A stretch of 64,000 nucleotides of DNA from Ignavibacteriota bacterium (GTDB taxonomy: Bacteria > Bacteroidota > Ignavibacteria > UBA10030 > CAVZMI01), in NCBI GenBank assembly GCA_963776275.1, contig CAVZMI010000014.1:64001-128000 (forward strand). Reading direction: 5' to 3'. The notes under the pieces were generated by a model. It saw only the letters and a program-made list of their open reading frames with translations. It made no database searches and was not told where the DNA came from. This document shows positions 18,570 to 28,506 of this stretch, piece after piece. Each line of letters starts with the position of its first letter. Position 1 is the stretch's first letter. The translations under genes and the position numbers were made by a program.

Positions 18570-21146
18570 ATGCCGAAACCTTCCAGTTTAAAAATAAAAG
18601 ATATTTATACAATATCAGGATCGCAAATAAGTAAGATTTATGTTGATAATAAAATGGCGGTCCATTTTCAGGGAATGTCAAAAACTCTTCTATTTCCTCA
18701 TACCATTGCGCTTCAGGGTGCGCCTACTTGTTCGATAGGCATATCTCCATATGGTTTATACAATAGACTTAATAATGCCGGTAGACTGATCTTGATAAAT
18801 CAAAACGCAATTCAATTGGGCTCTGCACCGTTTATCCGTGTTCCTGCCCGCCAGGGCTTGGCAGGCGGGGGTGATAAATTTGTTATGCTCACGACAAGAG
18901 ATCCCAAGGCGGTTGAAGGTCCTGATGATGTGCCTGCTTTGAAGAATTATTATCATCCTGCAATATCCGAAAAGCAAACTTCTATTTCTATTGCTACACC
19001 TTTGGCGGAAATGACGTATAAAGTGGGGAAGGTTAAAGTGACAAGAAGAATGATTTCTCCCTTCTTATCTGGAAATGTCCCGGCCCTGATGCCTATCGGT
19101 GTAGAGGAATATGAGGTCGAGAATACTTCAAGCCAGGATCAACAAATTACTCTGGTATTCCCCAGACCATCCCTTGCAAATCTTCAAGAAAAAGAATTAA
19201 AGCCAAAGGATCAGGACACTGTCTATTTATGTTCGACACCGGTGAAAGACCATGTCCATGAAGATTTTAGATCTGCAGCCATCAGGGGAGTGGTCATGGG
19301 AAGCAAGGAATGCGCGGACAGGATGGTCATTGCCGTACCGGAAATAAACGGCGTGACAATAGATACACAACCTTACTTTTGCTTAAACAGACTTAAACAG
19401 GATTTATTGTTGAATGATGATGGAAGCTTTTATGAAAAGAGAGCACCAATATTGAATCAAGATTATGGGTCGGCCATCAGTGTTACTTTTACATTGAAGC
19501 CGAAAGCAATCATAACGATACCGCTTGCCATCGTTTTAGATTTCCCTCAACAGCGGTTTATTGATGGGAAAAATTTTGAACGTAAATATGTAAAAAGTTT
19601 CAAGAATAAAGAAACCAGGGCTGTGGATATGGCAAAATTCGCCCTGGATAATTATTCTGAATGGCTGAACCGTGCTCTAACAATCCAAAGCAGGATTTTT
19701 GATTATATACGGAAAAGTCCTTCTTATAAGAACGATAAAAATGGTGCTTTGAGATTAACCCGGTTGATATTAAACGAATTTAGTTTTCCACTGTCAAATG
19801 CTGCGGTCTGGGTTGAAGACGATGATGGCAATGATAGAGCCCGGTTCCTGGAATGTTTTGATTACGCTTATATTAATCCCTCTGATGTTGATTGGTATTC
19901 GATGGTGCTGCTTGTACTATTTCCCAATGTAGAACGAGAACTCTGCCAGCGGTTCATTGACTCGATTCTGGCGGAAGATCTTACACAGCGGTTTTATCAT
20001 CTCCATGGGTCATTTGTCGAAGCCAGAAAGCATTTTCAAGAGCATCCAGAAGAATACGAAGGCAAATCACTGACCCAGATAAGAGATACTTTCAAGATTA
20101 AAGGCAGTGTGGCGCATGATTTAGGTGCTTTGGTGAAAGGTCATGCCCTGCGCAACGTCAGTGATTATGCCTGGTATAATAATAACTACTGGGTGGATCT
20201 TTTCCCCAAGCTGGCAATCAGGGTACTGCGCAACGTTAAATTCATGGGTGATGCAGAATTTCTAAAAAAGAATTGGCAGACGCTGAAATTTGGATTGGAA
20301 TATCTGCAAACACTTGATATAGACGGAGACGGTATCCCCGAGGGTAATCCCCATGAAGTTAAAAATACATTTGATAATTTAACATTGTTCGGCCTAGATA
20401 GCTACGATGCGACTACCTTCATGGCCGGCTGTCAAGCAATGATAATAATGGCCGGTATGATGGAGGATGAGCCGGCAAAAAAACAATATGAAGCGAGTTT
20501 TGAAAAAGCTTCTGCGGCTTTTGAGAAATTATGGAGAGATAAGAAAAACAAAAAAGGCAGAAGATTGCAGTATTACGTCACCTGTTATGACACTATTACA
20601 AAAAAAACAAACACAGATGTATGGACTAATCAGTTGGATGCCCTGTGGTATCTAATTGCAATAGGAGAGAAGCCCTTTGTTTCGGACGAGAGAGCAATAA
20701 AAATCCTCAAGACAATTTATAAGAATAACCGGACCACCATGGGCTGGGCTATGTGCCGGACGGAAGACGGGGAAGCAGTAGAATCGGAACAGGGACAAGA
20801 CGTCTATACAACATCCAATTATGTTTTTGCACAGCTTCTTGATTATTACGGATTGGTAAAAGAGAGTAAAGAAGTATATAAGGCGATGGATAAGGTTATC
20901 TTCCAGCATGCTAATTCTTTGATATCACCCGACAATCTGAGAGCAGAATTAGAAAAAGAAGCGGGAGAATTAACCGCTGGGTCCCATTATATTGTAGCTG
21001 CTTATCCCAGGCCGGGTGCGGTATTGACACAGATAGTGCTGCAATTTATAAAAGAACTTCAAGAACGTGCAGGTAAAACAAAAATAGATTCTCAGCAATT
21101 GAAATCTTTTGTCACGGATTTATTTCTGAAATTTGATCAGAGTTAA
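18570..21146 (+). CDS. GH116-family glycosidase (beta-glucosidase/beta-xylosidase-like), cytoplasmic
   Basis: FLECFDY...DV, HDLG, D.DGDGIPE, NTFD, NQLDALWY motifs of GH116. Confidence 0.75.
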   Translation: MPKPSSLKIKDIYTISGSQISKIYVDNKMAVHFQGMSKTLLFPHTIALQGAPTCSIGISPYGLYNRLNNAGRLILINQNAIQLGSAPFIRVPARQGLAGGGDKFVMLTTRDPKAVEGPDDVPALKNYYHPAISEKQTSISIATPLAEMTYKVGKVKVTRRMISPFLSGNVPALMPIGVEEYEVENTSSQDQQITLVFPRPSLANLQEKELKPKDQDTVYLCSTPVKDHVHEDFRSAAIRGVVMGSKECADRMVIAVPEINGVTIDTQPYFCLNRLKQDLLLNDDGSFYEKRAPILNQDYGSAISVTFTLKPKAIITIPLAIVLDFPQQRFIDGKNFERKYVKSFKNKETRAVDMAKFALDNYSEWLNRALTIQSRIFDYIRKSPSYKNDKNGALRLTRLILNEFSFPLSNAAVWVEDDDGNDRARFLECFDYAYINPSDVDWYSMVLLVLFPNVERELCQRFIDSILAEDLTQRFYHLHGSFVEARKHFQEHPEEYEGKSLTQIRDTFKIKGSVAHDLGALVKGHALRNVSDYAWYNNNYWVDLFPKLAIRVLRNVKFMGDAEFLKKNWQTLKFGLEYLQTLDIDGDGIPEGNPHEVKNTFDNLTLFGLDSYDATTFMAGCQAMIIMAGMMEDEPAKKQYEASFEKASAAFEKLWRDKKNKKGRRLQYYVTCYDTITKKTNTDVWTNQLDALWYLIAIGEKPFVSDERAIKILKTIYKNNRTTMGWAMCRTEDGEAVESEQGQDVYTTSNYVFAQLLDYYGLVKESKEVYKAMDKVIFQHANSLISPDNLRAELEKEAGELTAGSHYIVAAYPRPGAVLTQIVLQFIKELQERAGKTKIDSQQLKSFVTDLFLKFDQS

Positions 21147-21288
21147 AGACTGCACCTGTACAATTTGCTTTTCATAATTTAAATATGGAACATATGGTAA
21201 AATGGGGTCAATTTGAGTTTGTAGTAAATAATTCTTCTCGGAATCAGAATTTGGAAAAAATTATCTTACATGTAATATAAAATAATCT

Positions 21289-22794
21289 TTGGAGCAGATA
21301 GTGCAGACGACGACGGGTAAACTTACTGTACGAGAAAAAATTGGTTACGGCTTTGGAGACGCAGCCGCTAACTTCGTGTTTCAAACGATGCTGATCTTTC
21401 AGCTGGGATTCTACACGGATGTCTTCGGCATTACTGCGGCGGCTGCAGGCACACTGCTGCTGGTAGGACGCTTTTGGGATGCAATTTTTGACCCGTTCAT
21501 GGGCGTTGTTGCAGATCGCACGAATACAAGATGGGGAAAATTCCGCCCATGGGTTCTGTGGTCGGCGATACCGTTTGCACTCATGTTCTTCTTAACCTTT
21601 ACAACTCCGAATTTCGGCGGGACGGGAAAACTTATTTATGCTTATGTCACCTATATTCTTCTGATGACGGTCTATTCCGTAAATAACCTGCCATACTCGG
21701 CCCTCAATGGCGTGATGACCGGCGACGTAAATGAACGCACCAGTCTCTCTTCCTATCGCTTCTTCTTTGCCATGACGGCGGCGTTGGTGGTGCAAGGTTT
21801 GACTTTGCCTATGGTCGCCAAGTTAGGACAAGGCGACAACGCTAAAGGCTGGTCGTTGACGATTGGGCTATTTGGGATTCTCAGTATCATATTCATCGTC
21901 ATCACTTTCTTGAGTGCCCGTGAACGCATTCACCCGGATCCGAAGCAGAAATCGTCGGCAAAGAAAGACTTCGCCGCCCTTATAAAAAACGTACCATGGA
22001 TCGCAATGTTTGTTTTGACCCTGTTCCTTTTCAGTACGCTCGCCTTGTGGGGCAGCGGCATGTTCTACTATTTTACTTACTTCGTGGACAAAAACCAATT
22101 GTTCAATTTCCTGCAATCATGGGGGTTGGTAACCTCCTCTACCGATGCGCTGGGCCAGTCGGGCTGGTGGCATAATCTTCTCAATACCTTCGGACTCATT
22201 GCGACAGAAAGCCGCACAAATGTCTCATCGGTAGGATTCAGCCTATTTAATATGTGTGGTATGCTGGCGAATATCATTGGTGTGCTATTCTCAAAAGCAT
22301 TAGCGGTTCGGTTCGGTAAAAAGAAAGTCTTTATCGTAGGTTTATCTCTAACGGCGCTCTTTACCGGACTTTTCTTTGCATTACCGGCGGAAGCAGTTGG
22401 GCTCACGTTTGTATTGAACATTCTTAAATCTCTGGCTTATGGCCCAACGATTCCGTTACTGTGGGCGATGATGGCCGATGTAGCCGATTATGCTGAATGG
22501 AAAACTATGCGCCGTGCCACCGGCGTTGTCTTCGCGGGTATTGTGTTTGCACTAAAAGCGGGGTTAGGACTCGGCGGTGCTATCTGCGGGTGGCTGCTCA
22601 CGGGGTACGGATATATCCCCAATGTCGCTCAAGCAGAAAATGCTCTATTCGGTATCCGCATGACGGCAAGCATCTACCCGTGTATCACGTTCTTCATTGG
22701 AGTTATTGCCTTATTATTCTACGGGATAGACAAGAAACTCAATCTTCAGATTCAAGACGAATTGGCTGAGCGCCGGAAACAATTCGCGTCTTGA
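21289..22794 (+). CDS. Glycoside-pentoside-hexuronide (GPH) MFS symporter, XynT-like
   Basis: EKIGYGFGD, DRTNTRWGKFRPW, WAMMADVADY; about 12 hydrophobic segments. Confidence 0.92.
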   Translation: MEQIVQTTTGKLTVREKIGYGFGDAAANFVFQTMLIFQLGFYTDVFGITAAAAGTLLLVGRFWDAIFDPFMGVVADRTNTRWGKFRPWVLWSAIPFALMFFLTFTTPNFGGTGKLIYAYVTYILLMTVYSVNNLPYSALNGVMTGDVNERTSLSSYRFFFAMTAALVVQGLTLPMVAKLGQGDNAKGWSLTIGLFGILSIIFIVITFLSARERIHPDPKQKSSAKKDFAALIKNVPWIAMFVLTLFLFSTLALWGSGMFYYFTYFVDKNQLFNFLQSWGLVTSSTDALGQSGWWHNLLNTFGLIATESRTNVSSVGFSLFNMCGMLANIIGVLFSKALAVRFGKKKVFIVGLSLTALFTGLFFALPAEAVGLTFVLNILKSLAYGPTIPLLWAMMADVADYAEWKTMRRATGVVFAGIVFALKAGLGLGGAICGWLLTGYGYIPNVAQAENALFGIRMTASIYPCITFFIGVIALLFYGIDKKLNLQIQDELAERRKQFAS

Positions 22795-23047
22795 ATTTAA
22801 ATTGTCAGAGCTCTATGGTGTGTAACGCATGGAGACTTATGGCTTAATAATTGGCTTCTAAAAGGCAGAACCATTAACACCCTGCTGGTTTGGTTGCAGC
22901 AGGGGCAACAAACCGGCATTAGGTATAGTTGTGAAATTAGTGGAGAAATCGGCTGGAAATTAGAATAAATCGGGTACTATCACGAAGTCATCTACATGGT
23001 TGGTTTTGCGCGGGGTAAATTTAATAGCGATTTTTGGGACGACTGTA

Positions 23048-23076
23048 TTGACAGCAAGATAAAAAAAACGTACTAT
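23048..23076 (+). promoter_or_regulatory. Sigma70-type promoter upstream of the TonB receptor
   Basis: TTGACA (23048-23053), exactly 17 bp, TACTAT (23071-23076). Confidence 0.72.
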
Positions 23077-23239
23077 TCATGTATCAGGCAATTTACAACA
23101 TCCGAGGCCCCAAAATTATTTTAATAGCGGTATTAAGCTATGAGTGTGCTGAACTCCTGAACAAAAATTGATGTCAAAAAAAGTTTGGATGACAAAATAT
23201 CATTAATAAAATATTGAGAAAACTCAAGAGGAGGGCAAA

Positions 23240-26200
23240 ATGTCTCTTGGATATACTTACAGAAGATTGTTGGGTGTATGTTTATTTTTGTCAATCTTCA
23301 TAGTCCAATCGTCGTTGGCACAAGGATCCGGGACAATCAAAGGTCAGGTGGTTGATCAAGCAACCGGTGACCCACTTCCGGGTGCAAATATTGTAGTCGT
23401 AAATACGAGCATTGGTTCTCCTGCTGATCTGGATGGAAACTACACTTTACGCTTAGTTCCGACAGGAAAATGTAAGGTGAAGGCGTCGTATATCGGCTAT
23501 GATCCGATCACTCGAGAGGTGACTGTTACCGAAAATGCAACGCTGCACGAAACCTTTCGCTTAACACCTCATGCAATAATGGGTATAGAGGTAGTAATTA
23601 CAGCGCAAGCAAGGGGTCAACAAGCTGCCATTAACCAGCAATTAACGGCAAATACTATTATGAATGTGGTCTCTGAAGAAAGAATCCAGGAATTGCCGGA
23701 CTTCAACGCGGCAGCGGCAATAAGTCGCCTGCCAGGTGTCTCGACTCTTCAGAGTTCAGGCGAAGCCAACAAAGTTGTGATCAGGGGATTAGCTCCTCAG
23801 TTCAACACGGTCTCTGTTGGTGGAATTAAACTCGCGTCTACAGGAAGCACTCAGATCGGTGCGACTTCACTGCCGGGCCTGACATCCGGTTCAATCAATC
23901 AGGACAGAAGCGTTGACCTTTCCATGATAACTCCCTATATGATCAAAACGATCCAGGTCTATAAATCGCTCACTCCTGATATGAACGCCAATGCTATCGG
24001 TGGTATTGTGAATATGGAACTGAGGGAAGCACCGTCGGAATTTCACGGTGACATCTTGTGGCAATCCGGCTATACACAGAAGAGCAATACATACGGGAAT
24101 TACAGAGCGGTGGCATCTGGAAGCGGTCGTTTCTTCGATGACGCTCTTGGTGTGTATCTTCTCGTAAACGCGGAACAGTACGACCGTAGTGCAGATAACA
24201 TGAATGCCGGATATACTCCGCCTACCAATAGCGCGATCGATTCAATAACCGGCTATAAACCTGTCCAGGTAACAAGTGTAACGCTACAGCGCCATATTGA
24301 AACAAGAAACCGTTACGGCGGTAACTTAATCCTTGACTACAAACTGCCTTCCGGCACCATTAAGTCTATCAATATGTTGAGCAGGTTGAACTCTGATTAT
24401 CAAGATTATCAAACGATCTTAGATTATTATTATGATCACAATATTAACTTCACATACAGGAAAGGGAATGCAAATACAGATATCGCAGTGAATACATTAG
24501 AATTTACAAACGATTTCGGATTTATGTCAGTCGTTTTGAAAGCCGCTAATACTTATTCCCAAAACAACAATCCTAGATCACCCTACTACCAATTCTTTCA
24601 AACAGGAGGAACCCCTCCTGATCAGGACAATACAGTTCCTGAAGACTTTGCACATAATGTAAAGTATAACGGTGATAGCGCGTCTTATTTGGCCAACGTA
24701 AATCTATTTAGTGCTAATTATAAGGAAAATGACCAGCTGTATAAGGGGGATTTCAAGATTCCTTTCAATGTACAGTCAAACGTATCAGGTTTCTTTAAAT
24801 TTGGCGGGGAGTATGACTACAATCTCCACACTAACGATCAGAATACGCCTTATATTACAATAAGCGGCCGTGCAGGTCTAACGTCACCTGATATTAATGG
24901 CAGAGTGATTGATGCTCTTTTTGCGCGTTACCCCCAATTACAAATGGGTAATTCCAACCGTTTCCCGGCATTTAATTTTACGAACACCGACTCGAAACTT
25001 TATTCGAGCTTCTTGGATGATCGATTCGGTCGGATGTTTTGGGTGGCCGACCCGAATTGGCTGAATTCGATAACTGATTTTTTATCGAATGACCCTGCAT
25101 TCGCCGCAACAAACAGTACCGGAGGATGGTTCGAAGGTGTTTATCAAAAACTCCCCAACGATTATAAATACATTGAGAAATATTATGCTGCATACTTGAT
25201 GGCAGAATTGGATTTAGGTCAGAACCTTATTATAGTCGGCGGCGCCCGTTATGAAGATGTTAAGTCATTATACGAAGCATACAATATGGTAGATCTCCGC
25301 AATCAACCTCCAAATCAACCATATTATCCGATTACAGCATATCCGCAGAATCATTACTTGCTGCCGATGGTACAAACAAAGTATAACCTGACTGAATGGA
25401 GCGACATACGTTATTCCTATAGTCAAACCCTTGCACGTCCCGATTATCATCAACTTTCACCTCATTATAATATCAATTCCGATTACACACAGCTCTATGC
25501 AGGAAATCCTGACCTTAAACCCGCACAAGCATATAACCACGACGTTGGAATTACATTTCACAGCAACGAATTAGGTCTTCTCTCTATTGGAGGCTTCTAC
25601 AAAACCATATCGCACTTTACGTATTACACTCAATACAAACTATATTCTGCTCCTGCTATAATTCCGCCAGGATATGATTCGGTCGGGACATACCCTCTCC
25701 TCGCGCAGCAAGGGGGCACAGTCTCAGGTAAAGCATTGTTAAACACTTACGTCAATAGTCCTTACAATGCTTATGTGAAGGGTGTCGAGGCAGATTTTCA
25801 AACGTCGTTCTGGTATTTACCATTTCCGTTAAATGGAGTTGTTCTCGGCATCAATTACACGCATATTTGGTCGTCTGCCACGTATCCCTACTTGTTAACT
25901 CGTAATGTTCCCGATCCTAATGACCCCAGACACATAAAGTCCATACCCAAATTAGTTGATAGTTCACGGGCTGGGCGTCTGATTTACCAGCCGAACAATA
26001 TATTGAACGCATATATAGGTTACGATTACCTGGGGTTTTCAGTTCGAGTGTCCTTCCTGTTCCAGGGGAATTCTGTTACGTATGTTGGAGGCGAACAGGA
26101 GCAAGACGGATTTAGTAAAGACTATTTTCGATTAGACGCTTCAGCGAGATATAAACTACCATGGTTTACGCAAGTACAACTTTTCTTAGACATAAATAAT

Positions 26201-26305
26201 ATCAACCAGCGGGCAAATATTTCAGCTCAGAAGACGATAGGCGGTTTTACGAATGAACAATTCTATGGTCTTACGGCAAACCTCGGCGTTAGATATACAT
26301 TATAA
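23240..26305 (+). CDS. TonB-dependent receptor
   Basis: Signal peptide, carboxypeptidase-regulatory-like N-domain, plug (LPGVS..VVIRGL, IQVYKSLTPD), GNPDLKP, barrel-type C-terminus; RBS gaggagg. Confidence 0.92.
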   Translation: MSLGYTYRRLLGVCLFLSIFIVQSSLAQGSGTIKGQVVDQATGDPLPGANIVVVNTSIGSPADLDGNYTLRLVPTGKCKVKASYIGYDPITREVTVTENATLHETFRLTPHAIMGIEVVITAQARGQQAAINQQLTANTIMNVVSEERIQELPDFNAAAAISRLPGVSTLQSSGEANKVVIRGLAPQFNTVSVGGIKLASTGSTQIGATSLPGLTSGSINQDRSVDLSMITPYMIKTIQVYKSLTPDMNANAIGGIVNMELREAPSEFHGDILWQSGYTQKSNTYGNYRAVASGSGRFFDDALGVYLLVNAEQYDRSADNMNAGYTPPTNSAIDSITGYKPVQVTSVTLQRHIETRNRYGGNLILDYKLPSGTIKSINMLSRLNSDYQDYQTILDYYYDHNINFTYRKGNANTDIAVNTLEFTNDFGFMSVVLKAANTYSQNNNPRSPYYQFFQTGGTPPDQDNTVPEDFAHNVKYNGDSASYLANVNLFSANYKENDQLYKGDFKIPFNVQSNVSGFFKFGGEYDYNLHTNDQNTPYITISGRAGLTSPDINGRVIDALFARYPQLQMGNSNRFPAFNFTNTDSKLYSSFLDDRFGRMFWVADPNWLNSITDFLSNDPAFAATNSTGGWFEGVYQKLPNDYKYIEKYYAAYLMAELDLGQNLIIVGGARYEDVKSLYEAYNMVDLRNQPPNQPYYPITAYPQNHYLLPMVQTKYNLTEWSDIRYSYSQTLARPDYHQLSPHYNINSDYTQLYAGNPDLKPAQAYNHDVGITFHSNELGLLSIGGFYKTISHFTYYTQYKLYSAPAIIPPGYDSVGTYPLLAQQGGTVSGKALLNTYVNSPYNAYVKGVEADFQTSFWYLPFPLNGVVLGINYTHIWSSATYPYLLTRNVPDPNDPRHIKSIPKLVDSSRAGRLIYQPNNILNAYIGYDYLGFSVRVSFLFQGNSVTYVGGEQEQDGFSKDYFRLDASARYKLPWFTQVQLFLDINNINQRANISAQKTIGGFTNEQFYGLTANLGVRYTL

Positions 26306-26326
26306 TTAATAATAAGGAGATATTCT

Positions 26327-28090
26327 ATGAAGAACCGTATCTACATGTTACTGATTATAGCGGTTATTTTTTCGGTGCAAGTATATGCCCAGAATATTGT
26401 ACTTGTCCACAGTGACGTTTCCCCTAATGAAGGGGGACTTAATGTCGCTATCCAAGCCGCCATTGACGCGGGCACTCTATCCAATACTATATTCCAATTA
26501 GATCCCTGGGGCTATTACATCCTCAGCGGCACAGTGACTGTCCCACCTAATCAACACCTTACAATAGTGGCACCGGAACCGGGTTACACACAGGAAACGG
26601 CTCCGCCTCAAATATTTTTGAGTTCGCAAATAGCGAATTGGAGATATAACTTCGATATCTACGGAGATGTTACTATGAAAAACGTTTGGTTAATATATGC
26701 AAACACGGGCGGCGCGCAACAGAGTTGTAGTCTGGATATTGATGACGACACTCTTAGGCATACGAATACTGCTGAATTCGAGGGAGTAATTTTTGACTAT
26801 GCACCTATCAACGGATCTGTGGAGGTAAGATGTACGAATTTCACCGCAAAATTCACTAATTGTTATTGGCGGAACAACATCGATCCACACTACAGGTATT
26901 ATGGAAGATCTGTCTCTTACCCTTATCAAAGCACGACCTGGCATACCAATAAAATTTCATTTGTGAATTGTACGATGGCAAATATGGGATACGCTTATAT
27001 GGGATACAATCCTGGTGAAGATACCCCTGAAACTGCAGATACTGTATCGTTTAACCATTGCACGTTCTTTAATATGATGATGCATTCACTTGAGCCATCG
27101 TTTTGGGAATGGCTTTCTGTCACAAACTGCGTTTACGTGAATCCGTGGATGTATGGAGATATACCATCGGGACGGGGAGGAGTCACCGGAATTCCTCCTG
27201 GCGGTGCATTGTACATCGATAGCCTGAGCTTGGCAAAACCAGCAGCTTTTCCAGGAGGACTACGGATCACCGAAGCTGAGCGCCATATACTATTCATAAA
27301 TAACAGCTATTTCATAGAGCAGTGGATTAGAGATTACATGGATCATGGCAATGCATACAGTGATACTGCCAGTGAATTGTACAAACCGTTACCTACGCCT
27401 ATGCTAAATATAACTGCCCTTCGTTTCTTCGATTCGGTTGATGCGGGGACTGGATTGAAAGCATGGCCGTATATAAATAAGGCTAATCTATACGATGGAG
27501 ATGATCCGGGCTTTATTCTTGAACCGACTAACAAAGACGCTATTAAGGCCTTCTTGTTAGGCAGATGGGCAACCGGCGCTAATGTTGACTGGGCGTACGA
27601 TATTCAATCTGATTTGCAGGGATCATGGCCAATGAATGAAGACTTATCGTACACGAACAGTACATTACAGACTGCCGGGTTGGGTGGCTTCCCGTTGGGA
27701 GACCTCTACCACTGGTGGCCGACGCAGTATACTACGTGGAAAGCTCAGGAAGCGACGGAAAATCAAACAATTTCGAGCTTGCTTACTAATGGTCTTGTCG
27801 GCGTTAAAATGCAACCCGGAATTCCTGCAAAATATGAGCTTACTCAGAACTATCCGAATCCGTTCAACCCGACGACTCAGATCGACTACTCGGTTCCGCA
27901 AAGCGGCTACGTGTCGCTGAAAGTATATAATCTTCTTGGACAGGAAGTGACGACATTATTCAACGGCGTACTGCAACCCGGGAATTATACTGCTACTTTT
28001 AACGGCAAAGGACTTGCGAGCGGCGTTTACTTATACCGATTGCAGGCAGGGAGTGTCTCTATTACCAGGAAATTGGTACTTATGAAGTAA
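26327..28090 (+). CDS. T9SS-secreted hypothetical protein (probable beta-helix), TonB receptor partner
   Basis: Signal peptide, F.NC/HCTF beta-helix-like repeats, GFPLGDL motif, QNYPNPFNP CTD. Confidence 0.75.
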   Translation: MKNRIYMLLIIAVIFSVQVYAQNIVLVHSDVSPNEGGLNVAIQAAIDAGTLSNTIFQLDPWGYYILSGTVTVPPNQHLTIVAPEPGYTQETAPPQIFLSSQIANWRYNFDIYGDVTMKNVWLIYANTGGAQQSCSLDIDDDTLRHTNTAEFEGVIFDYAPINGSVEVRCTNFTAKFTNCYWRNNIDPHYRYYGRSVSYPYQSTTWHTNKISFVNCTMANMGYAYMGYNPGEDTPETADTVSFNHCTFFNMMMHSLEPSFWEWLSVTNCVYVNPWMYGDIPSGRGGVTGIPPGGALYIDSLSLAKPAAFPGGLRITEAERHILFINNSYFIEQWIRDYMDHGNAYSDTASELYKPLPTPMLNITALRFFDSVDAGTGLKAWPYINKANLYDGDDPGFILEPTNKDAIKAFLLGRWATGANVDWAYDIQSDLQGSWPMNEDLSYTNSTLQTAGLGGFPLGDLYHWWPTQYTTWKAQEATENQTISSLLTNGLVGVKMQPGIPAKYELTQNYPNPFNPTTQIDYSVPQSGYVSLKVYNLLGQEVTTLFNGVLQPGNYTATFNGKGLASGVYLYRLQAGSVSITRKLVLMK

Positions 28091-28506
28091 TACTTATCCT
28101 CAAGTGTCTCCTGTCCTGGCTGAGAAGCCAGGGCAGCATGCACTTGTTGATGCAATGCCGGCTTTTTGGAAACGAAAAGGGCGGTTTTAGTTCAAAGCGG
28201 GATTTATTGTGCGGCGAGTGCGCCAGAGGCGCGCCAGCGGCGTCCGTAAACGCATCAGCCAAAGGGCTGAATTTATTTTTTACCCGGGAATAATAATGCT
28301 GTACTTTAGTTATGATAGTTCTTAAATTAGGTGGCGTTCCACTTTGTGGGAATCCTTAGCAACTTGGAATTGCAGCCTTTAAAATAATAGTTGCAGAAAT
28401 TATCAAGTGCGCGACTTTTCCCGAAGATCACAAAGAACTCCTTCGGAGGATATTTCGGATATTAATTAACAATTACTCCACTAATAGAAAAAACTTTGGA
28501 GGAAAC

